Shown here piece by piece: positions 49,161-64,000 of a stretch of DNA of 64,000 nucleotides (position 1 is its first letter; each line of letters opens with the position of its first letter). This DNA is from an uncultured Planctomycetaceae bacterium (GTDB taxonomy: Bacteria; Planctomycetota; Planctomycetia; Planctomycetales; Planctomycetaceae): positions 1-64,000 of the forward strand of contig CAXBME010000012.1 in the NCBI GenBank assembly GCA_963976765.1, given 5' to 3'. The notes below the pieces were generated by a model. The model was not told where the DNA came from and ran no database searches. It saw only the letters and a list, made by a program, of their open reading frames with translations. The translations under genes and the position numbers were made by a program.

Positions 49161-49529
49161 GCAGTCATCCCGTGAACCCGAGTCAGCTGCGTCAGACAGT
49201 TCGTCGTCAGGTACGATTCATACGCTGGTTTCGAAGCATCCGAAGCCGTCACGACTACGCACGTTCCGAAATTTTGAATACTCACGCTTCCGCTGCCTGT
49301 GGTTGAGTGTCCATATCCTGTAATTGAAGCAAACCGTTTACGGGCGACCGAATCGTTCGCAATCAATTTCGAACAGTGGTTCTCTGTATTGAGCATTTAC
49401 CATCTATCGTTCCCGTACATGATAAATTCACAATTTGAGACTTCATTCGAACCGTGACCAACGTTACGAATCGCTTCGGGTACGATCGCTCTCGCTACAA
49501 TTTCCCCTGAATCAGTGATCACAATAACT

Positions 49530-50540
<1,011 letters not shown>

Positions 50541-50552
50541 TATCCTGGAGTC

Positions 50553-52163
50553 TCACCTGCTCCTGCCGTTCGACTTGATCGTCTCCAGTCGAGTGCGCAG
50601 ATCCGTTACGATCTGAGCATTCTGGAGATAGAGATTCTGCTTTTCGGAAGGGTCGAGAGACAGGTCATAGAGTTGTCCCGCTGGCTCGCCGGACTTTGCT
50701 TTGACGACCTTGGGTGAGCTGAAGCCGCCTGATCCCAGATTGTCGACCACCAGCTTCCAGTGATCTTTGCGGATCGCAAAAGTTCCGTTGAGCGAATGAT
50801 GGACGACCGGCGGGCGGGGAGACGTCGCTCCGCTTTTCCCGGCGGTCAGTTCAGAGATCAGCGAGAAGCTGTCTTCAGCGGACGACTCGGGCAATGTCGC
50901 GCCGGTTATTTCGGCTGCCGTCGCCATGAAGTCGGTCAGACAGATGGTCTTGTCTGACGTTGACTGCTTCGCCACGTGTCCAGGCCAGCGGACAAGAAAC
51001 GGCACCCTATGTCCGGCTTCCCAGATGTCTGCCTTCTGGCCTCGATAGTGCATGTTGGCTGCGTGGTTCCACTTTCGGATGTCGCTCTCCGGCCAGTGTG
51101 AGCCGTTGTCACTGGTGATGATGATCATTGTGTTTTCGGTGTGGCCACCTTCGTCGAGCGATTTCAAAACCTGTCCAACTACCCAGTCGACCTGGGCGAC
51201 AAAGCCGCCGTAATAACCGACTTTGGAATCCTTCATGAACTCCTCGGTCGGTACCCACGGCGTGTGCGGAGCCGACAACGGGAAGTAAAGAAAGAACGGT
51301 TTCTTATCCGACTGCTTGCCGAGCCACTCGGTTGCCTTCTCTGTAATTCGAGGCAGCACGTCGATGTGTTTGAACGAGGGAGCAATCTTGCCGGCTCGCC
51401 AGACGCCACCACCGCCCTGTCGCCGATGAGCGGATCTCGCGATCTCGTTTGTTGCGGCTTCCACAACCTGATCATTCTCAACGTAGACGTACGGGTTCAT
51501 GTCGAGCGACGCGGGGATGCCGAAGAAGTAGTCAAACCCGACCGCGTTTGGGCCAGGCGACAACGGCTTTGAATAGTCGACGGCGTGCGGGTGATCCTCC
51601 GGCAGAATTTCGCTGGCGCTGGGGATCGGAGCGTTGATTGTCTCATCGGTCTGCTGCAAGCCAAGGTGCCACTTTCCGACAGCGGCCGTCGCATAGCCTT
51701 TCTTCTTCAAGAGTGACGCGACGGTTTCACGTTCTGGCTCAATCAGGCTTCTGGAGTAGCCCCACAGCACGCCATTCTTCAATCGCGATCGCCATGCGTA
51801 GCGACCGGTCAGGACTCCGTAACGAGTTGGCGAGCACACTGACGAGGGGGTGTGAGCATCGTTAAACCGCATCCCTTCGGCGGCGATCCTATTCATGTTC
51901 GGTGTCGCCACCTTTGATTCTGAGTTGTAACACCCCAGGTCGCCGATCCCGAGATCGTCCGCCAGAATGAAGACAATGTTCGGACGCGCGGTCGACTCGG
52001 CAGAGTACGCTTTCGTAATAGACAGTTGCAGAATGGCAACAGCCACTGTCGCCAAGGCAAGTCCCGTTATCTGATTCAACTTCAACCAGCGACGCGAGAG
52101 TCGCCGACAATTCGTGCGGTCTGAAGTTTGTTCGACGCTGAGCGCCGTGGAAAACGTCTGCAT
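50553..52163 (-). CDS. Arylsulfatase (Cys-type)
   Basis: PNIVFILADDLG, CSPTRY, GKWHLG, SDNG, GHRVPF, QLYDL. GAAGGA RBS before ATG 52163. Confidence 0.92.
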   Translation of the reverse strand: MQTFSTALSVEQTSDRTNCRRLSRRWLKLNQITGLALATVAVAILQLSITKAYSAESTARPNIVFILADDLGIGDLGCYNSESKVATPNMNRIAAEGMRFNDAHTPSSVCSPTRYGVLTGRYAWRSRLKNGVLWGYSRSLIEPERETVASLLKKKGYATAAVGKWHLGLQQTDETINAPIPSASEILPEDHPHAVDYSKPLSPGPNAVGFDYFFGIPASLDMNPYVYVENDQVVEAATNEIARSAHRRQGGGGVWRAGKIAPSFKHIDVLPRITEKATEWLGKQSDKKPFFLYFPLSAPHTPWVPTEEFMKDSKVGYYGGFVAQVDWVVGQVLKSLDEGGHTENTMIIITSDNGSHWPESDIRKWNHAANMHYRGQKADIWEAGHRVPFLVRWPGHVAKQSTSDKTICLTDFMATAAEITGATLPESSAEDSFSLISELTAGKSGATSPRPPVVHHSLNGTFAIRKDHWKLVVDNLGSGGFSSPKVVKAKSGEPAGQLYDLSLDPSEKQNLYLQNAQIVTDLRTRLETIKSNGRSR

Positions 52164-52689
52164 GTTGATTCCTTCTGCAAATCTGCGACAGATGACGGAC
52201 AGTCTGTTCGTCACCAGTTTTTGACGTCAGTTCAACCGGGTATTACCAAACCGGACACTGCCAGAAAACGGTCATAATTCATCGACCGGTACGTTCAAGT
52301 ACTCAGTCCTTGAGGGCACTCTGTTCCTTGCTGCTTACACCTGGAAAGTTGCCGTACGGGAGTAATTCAACATCGTGGGATGTGTCGTCGTCGACCAGCC
52401 ATCGCGCAAGACCAGTTGAGGCGTCGAGCCGACAGGAATGTACGCGGTTTCTCGCCAGTTTGGACAGGCTCAGACGTCAATCCATCCGATTTGGCTGTCC
52501 AGTCGCCATCGATCCTGGCTAAATATGAATCATACATTGCTGAGGCTTCAGGCAATCCTGGTAAAGAGATTCGGTCCGGCAGCATTTTCCGGCCAAGACG
52601 AAAGCGCTGATCCTAACGCCTCGGAATTCCGATGCTCACCTGGACGGTGGAGTTTCTGAAGTACTGCCACTCTGCGAAGTCAGGCTTCA

Positions 52690-54474
52690 ATGCGGCACGA
52701 CGGAGACACCCAGGTGAGACAGTTCAATCTGGCACAACGACGATACGTTCTGGCGAATCCCGTCGTCGTAGCGGTGTTGCTGCTGGCGGGGTGCCACACC
52801 GCTGAGCTTCAGAACTGTCGGTCCTCGGTGTCCGCCGATGTGGCCAGTCGGTTCGGGGCGGGCCTCAATACTGAGATGGAGCCGGGGACGATTCAGGTGC
52901 CGCCAGATGTCTCGCTGGAAGACGGAGTGACAGCGGACGAAGCGATCTCGACAGCTCTGTGGAACAACGCTGCGTATCAGGGAATGCTGGCTCAGTTGGG
53001 AGTGACCAATGCTCAACTGCTGAACGCCGGGCTGATCAACGATCCGCAGTTCATGCTGTATTTTCCAGTCGGTCCGAAAGTCATCGAGACGTTCGGTTAT
53101 CAGGCAGTCGATGCCTTGTGGCTGCAGCCGATCCGGGTTCGGGCGGCGGAACTCGATCTGAACAGCGTCAGCGAGACGATGGTGCAGAACGGGCTGAACG
53201 TGATTCGCGATGTCCGGCGGGCTCATGCTGAACTTGTCCGGGCGACCGCCACTGAGGCCGTCAGTCGCGAAGCGGCCGGGCTGCGGCGGGACATCGCCGA
53301 GCTGGCTCAGAAGAGACTTTCTGCCGGAGACATCAGCGAACTCGAAGCCACGACGTCGCAGATCGATGCCTTACAGGCCGAAGCCACAGCCAGACGGGCG
53401 GTTCACGATGTGAAGATTGCTCGCGAACAATTACGGACTTTGATGGGAATCGGCATGTACAACGACGAGCTGGTCGCTCAAACCGATTCGGTCGATGCCA
53501 TCGCGGTTTCGGTGGGAGGTTCGAGCGACGACGAACTCGTCAACACAGCCCTCGGTTCGCGGCCTGATCTGCGGGCGGCTGAAATCGCTGTCGAATCTGC
53601 CAGCGAACGGCTGGAGCTGGCGAAGTACCAGTTCATGAATCTCGACGCAGTCTACAACGGCAAGCCGGTCGACAGTCACGGGTTCCTGTCCAGTCCGGGT
53701 TTGCGGTTCACGTTGCCGATCTTCAATGGAAACCGCGGCGGGATCGCGATCGCGGAGGCTCAGGTTCAGCAGGCCAACCGGCAATACGTGACGGTGCGGG
53801 ATCAGGTGACGCTGGAAGTTCGTACCGCCCGGACGCAACTACTGCAGGCTCAGGAAAATCTGCTGGCACTGCGAAACGAAATTCTACCGATCCTGCGCGA
53901 AGCCGAGACACTCGCTCGCAGAAATTACGAAAACGGCGGAGCCCCCTATTTCCTCGTCCTGCAGACGACCGGGCAGTATCTCGATTCCCGCACCCGCGAA
54001 CTGCAACTTGTTGCCGACGTGCGGCAGGCGGCAGCAGAACTTGATCGCAGCGTCGGGCGGCGGATCACCACCGAATCCACCGGCAGCACTGCCATTGAAC
54101 TTCCGGCCGTACCGGGTTTGTCGGACGACCAGACCAGTTCGATGTCACGTATTTTCCCCGTCGGACATCAGGAGTCTGTGATCTCTGACGATGACTCCAG
54201 GCTGCTGCGTGTTCCGTTGCGTCTGACAATCGACGAGACCGGTACTCAATGTGCGGTCATTCGCGACGACGATGACACGTCTCCGCAGCGTGACGAAAAC
54301 TCACGTCGCAAACAGAAACAGAACGGTCGAAAGGCCCGCTGGAAGTCCACTCATCAGAAAGCCGAACATGTGCAGGTCACTGTTGATATCCGGCTCGATC
54401 CTCGCCTGCTGCCTTCCGGGGTGCGGACCGCAGAAAGCGGCACCGGCTCAGAAGACGGCACCGGCAAAGATTGA
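52690..54474 (+). CDS. TolC-family outer membrane efflux protein (lipoprotein)
   Basis: LLAGC lipobox, two OEP repeats, RPDLRAA, LPIFNGN, and a long C-terminal extension. Confidence 0.85.
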   Translation: MRHDGDTQVRQFNLAQRRYVLANPVVVAVLLLAGCHTAELQNCRSSVSADVASRFGAGLNTEMEPGTIQVPPDVSLEDGVTADEAISTALWNNAAYQGMLAQLGVTNAQLLNAGLINDPQFMLYFPVGPKVIETFGYQAVDALWLQPIRVRAAELDLNSVSETMVQNGLNVIRDVRRAHAELVRATATEAVSREAAGLRRDIAELAQKRLSAGDISELEATTSQIDALQAEATARRAVHDVKIAREQLRTLMGIGMYNDELVAQTDSVDAIAVSVGGSSDDELVNTALGSRPDLRAAEIAVESASERLELAKYQFMNLDAVYNGKPVDSHGFLSSPGLRFTLPIFNGNRGGIAIAEAQVQQANRQYVTVRDQVTLEVRTARTQLLQAQENLLALRNEILPILREAETLARRNYENGGAPYFLVLQTTGQYLDSRTRELQLVADVRQAAAELDRSVGRRITTESTGSTAIELPAVPGLSDDQTSSMSRIFPVGHQESVISDDDSRLLRVPLRLTIDETGTQCAVIRDDDDTSPQRDENSRRKQKQNGRKARWKSTHQKAEHVQVTVDIRLDPRLLPSGVRTAESGTGSEDGTGKD

Positions 54475-55612
54475 GCATCCCGACGAAGGCGACATCTTCC
54501 GAGTCGTGCTGACGGCGAAGGCCGAAGAGCGGCTGCAGATCAACACGGTGCCTGTCGAACTGAAAGCAATTCCACGCACACGCACGCTCGGAGGCGTGAT
54601 CGCTTTGCCGGACGGTGCCAGCGTGTTCGTGACGGCTCCCGTGGTCGGGATGCTTCTCTCAGACGGCGAGGCGACGCCGCTGCCGGGACAGTCCGTCACT
54701 GCCGGTCAAACCGTGTTCCAATTACGTCCACTGCTCTCGCCTGAGCGTGAAGTGCCGACCGCCGCCGAACGAGTCGTGATGGCCAATGCGACAGCGTCTC
54801 TGATCACGTCTCAGATTACGGCGGATGGAGACGTGATGCAGGCGGCCGCTCAGGTAGAAGCGGCGACGATCGCGCTGGATCGTGCGAAGCGACTTCTCGC
54901 CGACAAAGCCGGCAGCGCGCGTGACGTTGACGATGCTCTGGCCCGTCTGGACATCGCTGCCAAAGGACTCGCAGCGGCACAGGCCCGGAAGACGCTGCTT
55001 GACAAACTGACGCTCGAAGTAAAAGAGGGCACGATCGAAAACATTCCAGTACACGCTCCGCGGGATGGAATGCTGCGAACGGTTTCGTCGTCGGTTGGCC
55101 AGACTGTGAGTCTCGCGGCTCCGTTGTTTGAAGTAGTCGATCTGAAAACTCTGTGGGTGCGCGTGCCCGTCTATCCAGGACAGAGAAATGACTTCGTGAC
55201 AACCAGCAACGCTCTGGTGCAGGCGCTTGGGCACTCGGCAACCGAGATCTCCGTAAAGCCAGTGAGTGCTCCGCCGAGCGCCGATCCGCTCGCTGCGACC
55301 GTCGATCTCTTCTACGAGCTGCCCGATGCCGACGGTCGCTTCCGACCCGGTGAGAGGGTTGAAGTCATACTGCCAGTGAAAGGCGAGACCGAGGCACTGG
55401 TTGTCCCGCGAGCCGCCATCCTACGCGACATTCACGGTGTCGCGTGGGTCTACGTGAACTCCGCAGAGAACACTTTCGAACGACACCGCGTCGAAGTTCA
55501 CTTCACAACGAAAGATCTGTCCGTTCTCAGTCAAGGCCCCGAAGTCGGCATGCCCGTCGTTGTTGACGGAGCCGCCGAGCTATTCGGAACCGAATTCGGA
55601 GCTGGCAAATGA
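54368..55612 (+). CDS. RND periplasmic adaptor subunit (CzcB-like)
   Basis: VTAPVVG, helical hairpin, [26 protein letters not shown]. Likely start ATG 54368. Confidence 0.88.
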   Translation: MCRSLLISGSILACCLPGCGPQKAAPAQKTAPAKIEHPDEGDIFRVVLTAKAEERLQINTVPVELKAIPRTRTLGGVIALPDGASVFVTAPVVGMLLSDGEATPLPGQSVTAGQTVFQLRPLLSPEREVPTAAERVVMANATASLITSQITADGDVMQAAAQVEAATIALDRAKRLLADKAGSARDVDDALARLDIAAKGLAAAQARKTLLDKLTLEVKEGTIENIPVHAPRDGMLRTVSSSVGQTVSLAAPLFEVVDLKTLWVRVPVYPGQRNDFVTTSNALVQALGHSATEISVKPVSAPPSADPLAATVDLFYELPDADGRFRPGERVEVILPVKGETEALVVPRAAILRDIHGVAWVYVNSAENTFERHRVEVHFTTKDLSVLSQGPEVGMPVVVDGAAELFGTEFGAGK

Positions 55613-58600
55613 ACTGGCTCATCTCGACGGCTCTTCGATTTCGCACTATCGTTGTGGCTGCCGCCATTGCGCTGATCGTGGTTGGCGTGCGCACCGCAGA
55701 TGATGTGCCGCTGGATGTGTTTCCTGAGTTCGCGCCGCCGCGCGTTGAGATTCAGACCGAAGCGCCGGGACTCTCGACGGAAGAGGTCGAGGCGCTGGTC
55801 ACGGTGCCGATCGAAAACTCGCTGAACGGGATTCCGTTTCTCGATCATGTGAGGTCGAAGTCGGTGCTCGGGCTGTCGTCGGTGCAGCTTTACTTCAAAC
55901 GCGGGTCGGACCTGATCACGGCGAGAAATCTTGTTAACGAGCGGCTGTCCCAGACGGCGGCCCGGCTGCCGAAGGTCGTCAATCCGCCGGTGATTCTTCC
56001 GCCGCTGTCGTCGCTCAGCCGAGCCATGAAGATCGGTCTGTCGTCTCAAAAACTGTCGCAGATGGAGTTGACCGTTCTCTCGAAGTGGACGATCCGGCCT
56101 CGGCTGATGGCGATTCCCGGAGTCGCCAACGTCGCCATCTGGGGCGACTACGACAAGCAGTTTCAGGTTCTCGTTGATCCCGATCGGCTGCGGGCTCACG
56201 GCGTCACTCTGAACACGGTGATGCTGGCTGTCGGGAATTCTGTCGAGCCGATTTCCGGCGGCTTCATCGACACTCCGAATCAGCGACTGGCGATTCGGCA
56301 CACGTCGGCGGTGAAGAATCCGGAAGACCTGATGAACACGGTCGTCGCTCACCGCAACGGAGCTCCGCTGCTGCTGGGCGAAGTCGCTGAGGTGAAGATC
56401 GGATCGCCGCCGCCGATTGGTGACGCGATCATCAACGACGTGCCCGGCATTCTGTTGATTGTCGAGAAGCAGCCATGGGCCAACACGCTCGACGTCACGC
56501 ACGGTGTTGAGGAAGCGATGGCGCAGCTCGCGCCCGCTCTGCCGGACGTTGATGTCGATACAAAAATCTTCCGACCGGCGACGTTTATCGAACGAGCGCT
56601 CAACAACCTGTCGCACTCGCTGATCATTGGCTGCGTGCTGGTGATCGTCGTGCTCGCTCTGTTTCTGTTCGACTGGCGAGCTGCCGTGATCAGCTCACTG
56701 GCGATCCCGCTGTCGCTCGTGGCTGCGGTGCTGGTGCTCTACTACCGGGGTGGCACCGTCAACACGATGGTGCTTGCCGGGCTGATCATCGCTCTGGGCG
56801 AGGTCGTCGATGACGCGATCATCGACGTCGAAAATATTCTGCGAAGGCTGCGGCTGAATCACGAAGCCGGCAATCCGAAGTCGGCGTTTCGAGTCGTCCT
56901 GGATGCGTCGCTCGAAGTGCGAAGTGCCGTTGTTTATGCGACGTTGATCGTCGTCCTGACGCTCGTGCCGGTGTTCTTTCTGGAGGGGCTCGCCGGATCG
57001 TTCTTCCGACCACTGGCCGCGTCGTACATCCTCGCGATTCTGGCGTCGCTGGTTGTCGCGCTGACGATCACTCCGGCTCTGTCACTGATCCTGCTGCCTC
57101 GCACTGCCGACCGCGAGCATCGCGATTCGCCACTGACGACGGTGCTCAAACGCCTTTATGCGGCGATCCTGCCGTCGCTGATCCGACGCCCGAAATCGAT
57201 CATCGCCTTCATGCTGCTGGTGTTTGTCGCTGCGGGAGTTGCTGTCCCGCAGCTTGGCGAAGAGCTGATGCCGAAGTTCAAAGAGACCGACTTCCTGATG
57301 CACTGGGTCGAGAAACCCGGCATCGGAGTCGAAGCCATGAACCGCATCACGATCGCCGCGAGCAAAGAGCTGCGAGCTATCGAAGGCGTCAACAACTTTG
57401 GATCGCACATCGGCCGCGCGGAAGTCGCCGACGAGGTTTACGGACCAAACTTCACCGAGCTGTGGATCAGCATTGATGAGGACGTCGATTACGACGAGAC
57501 CGTCGCCAAAGTTCAGGAAGCGGTTGACGGTTATCCCGGTCTGTATCGCGACCTGCTGACGTACCTCACTGAGCGGATCAAAGAAGTTTTGACCGGAGCG
57601 AGCGGCGCGATCGTCGTCCGCATTTACGGCCCGAATCTGGAAGATCTGCGAGCGACCGCGCAGGACGTCGCGGACGTCATGGGAAACGTCGAAGGCGTCA
57701 CGAATCTGAAGGTCGAACCGCAGGTGCTGATCCCTCAGATCGTGATCGACTTCAAACCGGAAGCCGCCGCGCAGTTTGGTCTCTCGCCTGGCGACGTGAG
57801 ACGCGCGACGACGACGCTGATCCGAGGCACTCAGGTCGGCGAGATCTTTGAAGAGCAGAAAATCTTCCGCGTGATGGTTTGGGGTTCGGAATCCGTCCGC
57901 CGCGATGTGGACGTTTTACGCGGTCTGATGATCGACACTCCGTCCGGTGGACAGGTCCCGCTCGAAGCCGTCGCCAGCATTTCGATTCAGCCGGCCGCAA
58001 ACGCGATCCAGCGCATCGGCACGTCGCGAAAACTGGACGTCATCTGCAACGTATCCGGGCGAGACCTCGGCAGCGTCGCGCAGGAGATCGAGCAACGAGT
58101 CCTCGCCGACGTGAACTTCGAACAGGGCTATCACCCCGAGTTTCTCGGCGAGTACGCAGAAGCCAAAGCGTCCCGGCAGCGACTGCTTGGTCTGACCGCG
58201 TTTTCGCTGCTGGGAATCCTGCTGCTGCTGCAATCCGACTTCGGTTCGATGCGGCTGGTGCTGTTGATCTTTCTGACGCTGCCCTTCGCACTCGTCGGCG
58301 GCATCGCCGGAGCGTTTGCCTGCGGCGGAGTGATCTCGCTGGGTTCGCTGATCGGCTTCGTGACGGTGCTCGGTGTCGCCGCGAGAAACGGCATCATGCT
58401 GGTCGATCATTACCGACACCTGCAGAACGAAGAGGGAGTTCCCTTCGGCCCGGACCTGATCATCCGAGGCGCCGCCGAACGGCTCGCCCCGATCCTGATG
58501 ACCGCCCTGACAACCGGCCTCGCGCTCGTCCCGCTGATTGTGACGGGCAACAAACCGGGTCAGGAAATCGAGTACCCGATGGCCTTTGTCATTCTCGGCG

Positions 58601-58707
58601 GACTGGTGACCTCGACGCTGCTGAACCTGCTCGTCCTACCGCCGTTGTTTGCCCGTTTCGGCAACGTCACAAACCTGCGCTCGACTGACGGAACGCTCGA
58701 AACATGA
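55609..58707 (+). CDS. Heavy-metal efflux RND permease (CzcA/CusA family)
   Basis: [43 protein letters not shown]. 4-bp overlap with the adaptor gene. Confidence 0.92.
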   Translation: MNWLISTALRFRTIVVAAAIALIVVGVRTADDVPLDVFPEFAPPRVEIQTEAPGLSTEEVEALVTVPIENSLNGIPFLDHVRSKSVLGLSSVQLYFKRGSDLITARNLVNERLSQTAARLPKVVNPPVILPPLSSLSRAMKIGLSSQKLSQMELTVLSKWTIRPRLMAIPGVANVAIWGDYDKQFQVLVDPDRLRAHGVTLNTVMLAVGNSVEPISGGFIDTPNQRLAIRHTSAVKNPEDLMNTVVAHRNGAPLLLGEVAEVKIGSPPPIGDAIINDVPGILLIVEKQPWANTLDVTHGVEEAMAQLAPALPDVDVDTKIFRPATFIERALNNLSHSLIIGCVLVIVVLALFLFDWRAAVISSLAIPLSLVAAVLVLYYRGGTVNTMVLAGLIIALGEVVDDAIIDVENILRRLRLNHEAGNPKSAFRVVLDASLEVRSAVVYATLIVVLTLVPVFFLEGLAGSFFRPLAASYILAILASLVVALTITPALSLILLPRTADREHRDSPLTTVLKRLYAAILPSLIRRPKSIIAFMLLVFVAAGVAVPQLGEELMPKFKETDFLMHWVEKPGIGVEAMNRITIAASKELRAIEGVNNFGSHIGRAEVADEVYGPNFTELWISIDEDVDYDETVAKVQEAVDGYPGLYRDLLTYLTERIKEVLTGASGAIVVRIYGPNLEDLRATAQDVADVMGNVEGVTNLKVEPQVLIPQIVIDFKPEAAAQFGLSPGDVRRATTTLIRGTQVGEIFEEQKIFRVMVWGSESVRRDVDVLRGLMIDTPSGGQVPLEAVASISIQPAANAIQRIGTSRKLDVICNVSGRDLGSVAQEIEQRVLADVNFEQGYHPEFLGEYAEAKASRQRLLGLTAFSLLGILLLLQSDFGSMRLVLLIFLTLPFALVGGIAGAFACGGVISLGSLIGFVTVLGVAARNGIMLVDHYRHLQNEEGVPFGPDLIIRGAAERLAPILMTALTTGLALVPLIVTGNKPGQEIEYPMAFVILGGLVTSTLLNLLVLPPLFARFGNVTNLRSTDGTLET

Positions 58708-58752
58708 CCGGAACTTGAACGAGTACTTGCCAGTCGGCGTGAGATCGCCTTG

Positions 58753-58849
58753 GGGGTCTGGCTTACAATTTTCAGCAGAACAAACTTAATCCGGGTGAAA
58801 CCAGAATCAGTTCTGCCTCGTCGGAAACTGAAAATCGTAAGCCAGCCCC
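58753..58849. repeat. Miniature inverted-repeat element with GGGG...CCCC ends
   Basis: GGGGTCTGGCTTACAATTTTCAG ... CTGAAAATCGTAAGCCAGCCCC, with inner GCAGAAC/GTTCTGC, between convergent genes. Confidence 0.7.
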
Positions 58850-58891
58850 TTTCACAAATTCAGGATCAAAGGCGATCAAACACTCAGCTCG

Positions 58892-61276
<2,385 letters not shown>

Positions 61277-61420
61277 CTATTTCCTTTCGGATCAATGGCC
61301 CGCAGAAAATCCGAGCCGGTTCGATCGCTTCACTTGAGGTTGCTGAGTCGGCTGGCCAGCCGCGACACGGGAGTTATCGCGTGGAACAGGCGATATATCC
61401 AATTCATTTCGGTACTGTTT

Positions 61421-61441
61421 ACGATGCACAGAGTGCATCGT
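61421..61441. promoter_or_regulatory. LysR-type (T-N11-A) operator palindrome
   Basis: ACGATGCAC-AGA-GTGCATCGT. Its core ATGCACAGAGTGCAT contains T-N11-A. Lies between divergent katG and the LysR gene. Confidence 0.65.
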
Positions 61442-61463
61442 TCGTCCGGGCGGAGAATTCAAC

Positions 61464-62339
61464 ATGGAACTCGATCAGTTGCGTTACTTCCTGCGGGTTG
61501 CCGAACGCGGCAACTTCACGCGAGCTGCGGAAGACCTCGCGCTTTCGCAGCCGGCACTGAGCCGTTCGATCCAGAAGCTCGAAGAGGAACTCGGCCAGCC
61601 AGTCTTCGAACGCAAGACTCGATCAGTGTCTCTGACCGAAGCTGGAGTGCTGCTGCAGTCGCGCGCTCAACAGGTCCTGACGATCCTCGACGACACGAAA
61701 GCCGAGATCACCGACGATGGCCAAAGCGGTCGCGTGCGAGTTGGGGCGATCCCGACCATCGCTCCGTATTTCCTGCCGGACGTGTTGCGGCAGTTCGCTA
61801 CTGAGTTTCCGAAAGCCACGCTGATCGTGCAGGAGAACACGACCGACGAGTTGCTCAAGAGCTGCACGCAGGGCGAGATCGATCTGGCCATCCTCGCGCT
61901 GCCGATTCCGGCGAAGTACCTGGAGTTTGAAGAGCTGTTCGAAGAAGAACTGCTGCTTGTCCTGCCCGTTGATCATGCACTGGTCAGTAAGCCGAAAATC
62001 CGCCTGACCGACGTCGAGCCGTTTCCCTTTGTGTTGCTGGGCGAAGCCCATTGCCTGTCCGACAACATCGTGTCGTTCTGCCGCCAGCGATCGTTTCAGC
62101 CGGTTGCCGTCGAACGAACCAGCCAACTGGCAATGGTGCAGGAACTGGTCTCGTTGTCGCACGGCGTGTCGATGATCCCGGCCATGGCGAGAAAACTCGA
62201 TCAAAGCGACCGACGAGTTTACCGCTCAATCGACGGCAGAAAGCCAGCGCGAAAAATCGCCGTCGTCTGGAACCCGTACCGCTTCCAGAGCCGTCTGATC
62301 GAAGCCTTTCGTGACCGACTGCGAGCCTACCCACACTAG
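61464..62339 (+). CDS. oxyR: LysR-family regulator, OxyR-like
   Basis: LysR HTH ([16 protein letters not shown]), [12 protein letters not shown], and [11 protein letters not shown] with the C-x8-C redox pair of OxyR. Divergent from katG. Confidence 0.78.
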   Translation: MELDQLRYFLRVAERGNFTRAAEDLALSQPALSRSIQKLEEELGQPVFERKTRSVSLTEAGVLLQSRAQQVLTILDDTKAEITDDGQSGRVRVGAIPTIAPYFLPDVLRQFATEFPKATLIVQENTTDELLKSCTQGEIDLAILALPIPAKYLEFEELFEEELLLVLPVDHALVSKPKIRLTDVEPFPFVLLGEAHCLSDNIVSFCRQRSFQPVAVERTSQLAMVQELVSLSHGVSMIPAMARKLDQSDRRVYRSIDGRKPARKIAVVWNPYRFQSRLIEAFRDRLRAYPH

Positions 62340-62413
62340 AGCCGGCAGTAGCTGTTTCTGGTCCGTGAAAAATCGCCGATGTTAAAGACATTTCCGAGGC
62401 GACAACGCTGTCC

Positions 62414-63016
62414 TTACCACCTGAGGATGGCGAGGTTTCCGATCGTGAGTACAGATTCTGAATGTACAAAGCCGGCTTTCCGAATTCCGGCAGCCGAGGA
62501 GTAGTTGAAAGCGGAACACTCGATATAAAGCCGTGAGAAGTCATCGCCCCCCTGACCGCTCGTCGTTGAGGCAATGTAACGCAACGCCCACGGGTAGAGG
62601 CCGTGACCACGGTAGTCGTGCCTGGTAAAACAATGATCGATCATCCCGTCACGGCTGATCCCGTCGGATTCCCGTGGGCCATACCAGTACGCTCCGGCCA
62701 GGTCTCCATTGTCGGCTCGAACGATGAGACAGATCTGTCCGCGAGCGAAGCGGTTGCCGAATGCTGACAGTTCACCGTAATTGCCTAAGAAATCGACGTC
62801 CGAATCTGAGAGCTGCTCCATTGATGTCAGCTTTTCAAGCGCGAAGCCGTCTTTCGTCGTCGGATCGGCACCGGCTGACGACGGATCGAGTATGAACTCG
62901 TTGTTAATTCGAATCCCGCAACGCTCCAGGCACACGACGAAAAAAATGTAATTGAGAGTTCGACCGACACCATGGCGACCAAGTCTCGCTTTCACCCTGC
63001 TTAGTATTGACGCCAT
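62414..63016 (-). CDS. GNAT-like acetyltransferase fold protein
   Basis: CFTRHDYRGHGLY (acetyl-CoA motif A) and N..S.AGIRKAGF. Confidence 0.65.
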   Translation of the reverse strand: MASILSRVKARLGRHGVGRTLNYIFFVVCLERCGIRINNEFILDPSSAGADPTTKDGFALEKLTSMEQLSDSDVDFLGNYGELSAFGNRFARGQICLIVRADNGDLAGAYWYGPRESDGISRDGMIDHCFTRHDYRGHGLYPWALRYIASTTSGQGGDDFSRLYIECSAFNYSSAAGIRKAGFVHSESVLTIGNLAILRW

Positions 63017-63733
63017 TCAGTTTCCTCACCTGCGACTGCTACCGCGCCCTCTGTATCGGGAATTCGAGTGTCGTCCTGCGACCGGGACGGACGGCGGAAA
63101 TAATCTGCCAAAGCCTGAGATTCAGATCGACCTATTCCGAAATGAACAGAGTTGGGAGCCCTGAATAGTGCGTGTACTGTTACAGTTGGCCCCAGATCCA
63201 CATTCAAAAGCTCATCGTCACAAACTGAGGGCAAGTTCGATTCAGTTGGTGGTCTCACGACTGCGAAATCAGCCAATAAACCGTGTCGGTTCTGGAGATA
63301 TCAGAACTACTAGACATGCCGAATAATGTCTGGTCGGAATTGCATCGAAACGTGGCGACGGATGCCCGGACATGTTCGACTGATACGTGGCGCTGCTTCG
63401 AGATTCAGGCCCCTTCAGCCTTGTTCGTGCGGATGCTGGAAGCCGGCCGTAATACGAGGGCTGTCATGCAGTCTTTTGCGGTTATTCGGCAATTTCGTGC
63501 AGTAATTATGGAGAATGCGAGCCACCTGCTGGTATGAATGCTGGAAACGGACCCGCTTCACACGACTGGCACGCAGTGTGCAATGGCAATGCAGGCCGAC
63601 CGATCGTCTTCAGTCTCGGAGCTTCTGGATCTGCTTCCACGATCTGGTCCTGGTTTGGCCTTGGCGAACTACGGCTAGTGTCGTATAAGATGCGTCTCTG
63701 GCGAGTCGGATGATTTGAAGGGAATCGAATCAG

Positions 63734-64000
63734 ATGCTGCGACACGGGCTAACGGCACAATCGACAGAACTGCGACGTGGCTCGCAGGATGGTTTGCATC
63801 CGCACGCCTGTCGCTGTGGGTTTACCGTGCTGGAGCTTCTGACGGTTATGGGAATCGTCAGTACGCTGGCGGCCATTTTGCTGCCGGCGGTGGGGGCGAC
63901 TCGTGAAGCGGCCCGGCGGATGCAGTGCGTCAATCAGCTCAAGCAGGTTGGCATCGCGTTACACAGCTATCATGAATCCTGCGGCTCGTTCCCGTCCGGC
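63734..64000 (+). CDS. DUF1559 prepilin-type protein (partial, runs off window)
   Basis: Manual translation: ...[62 protein letters not shown]. Confidence 0.85.
   Translation, partial: MLRHGLTAQSTELRRGSQDGLHPHACRCGFTVLELLTVMGIVSTLAAILLPAVGATREAARRMQCVNQLKQVGIALHSYHESCGSFPSG

Noticed and set aside
52214..52689. Short ORFs or a metal riboswitch upstream of the efflux operon
   Set aside because: The overlapping short ORFs lack recognisable features and I could not match an RNA motif.
55531..56616. 361-aa minus-strand ORF
   Set aside because: Antisense shadow of the GC-rich RND permease.
63017..63733. Short ORFs in the long intergenic region
   Set aside because: No recognisable domains or convincing RBS; treated as divergent promoter region.

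Overview
Window from a planctomycete chromosome (Planctomycetaceae-like), judged from DUF1549/DUF1553-DUF1501 pairs, DUF1559 prepilin-like genes, a planctomycete cytochrome c domain protein and Cys-type sulfatases. Positions 1-4.2 kb look like the edge of an integrative element: a large serine recombinase, a small ORF, then a coupled DUF1257 / DUF2997 / stand-alone OLD-type TOPRIM / Ycf46-like AAA ATPase module running off the window. The middle is mostly core genes (dapA, accA, dtd, tpx, pyrC, thiO-like, methyltransferases, ABC transporter) with several families of REP-like hairpins. At 23.2-26.2 kb lies a flavoprotein / ArsS-like radical SAM / degenerate metallophosphoesterase operon that may be an uncharacterised organoarsenic or related pathway. 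An ECF sigma cassette sits at 42-49 kb. The right end has a heavy-metal RND efflux operon, a katG with a lipoprotein signal and a second internal start, and a divergent OxyR-type regulator. No rRNA, tRNA or CRISPR array was recognised. All family calls come from motif recognition by eye; no searches were run.
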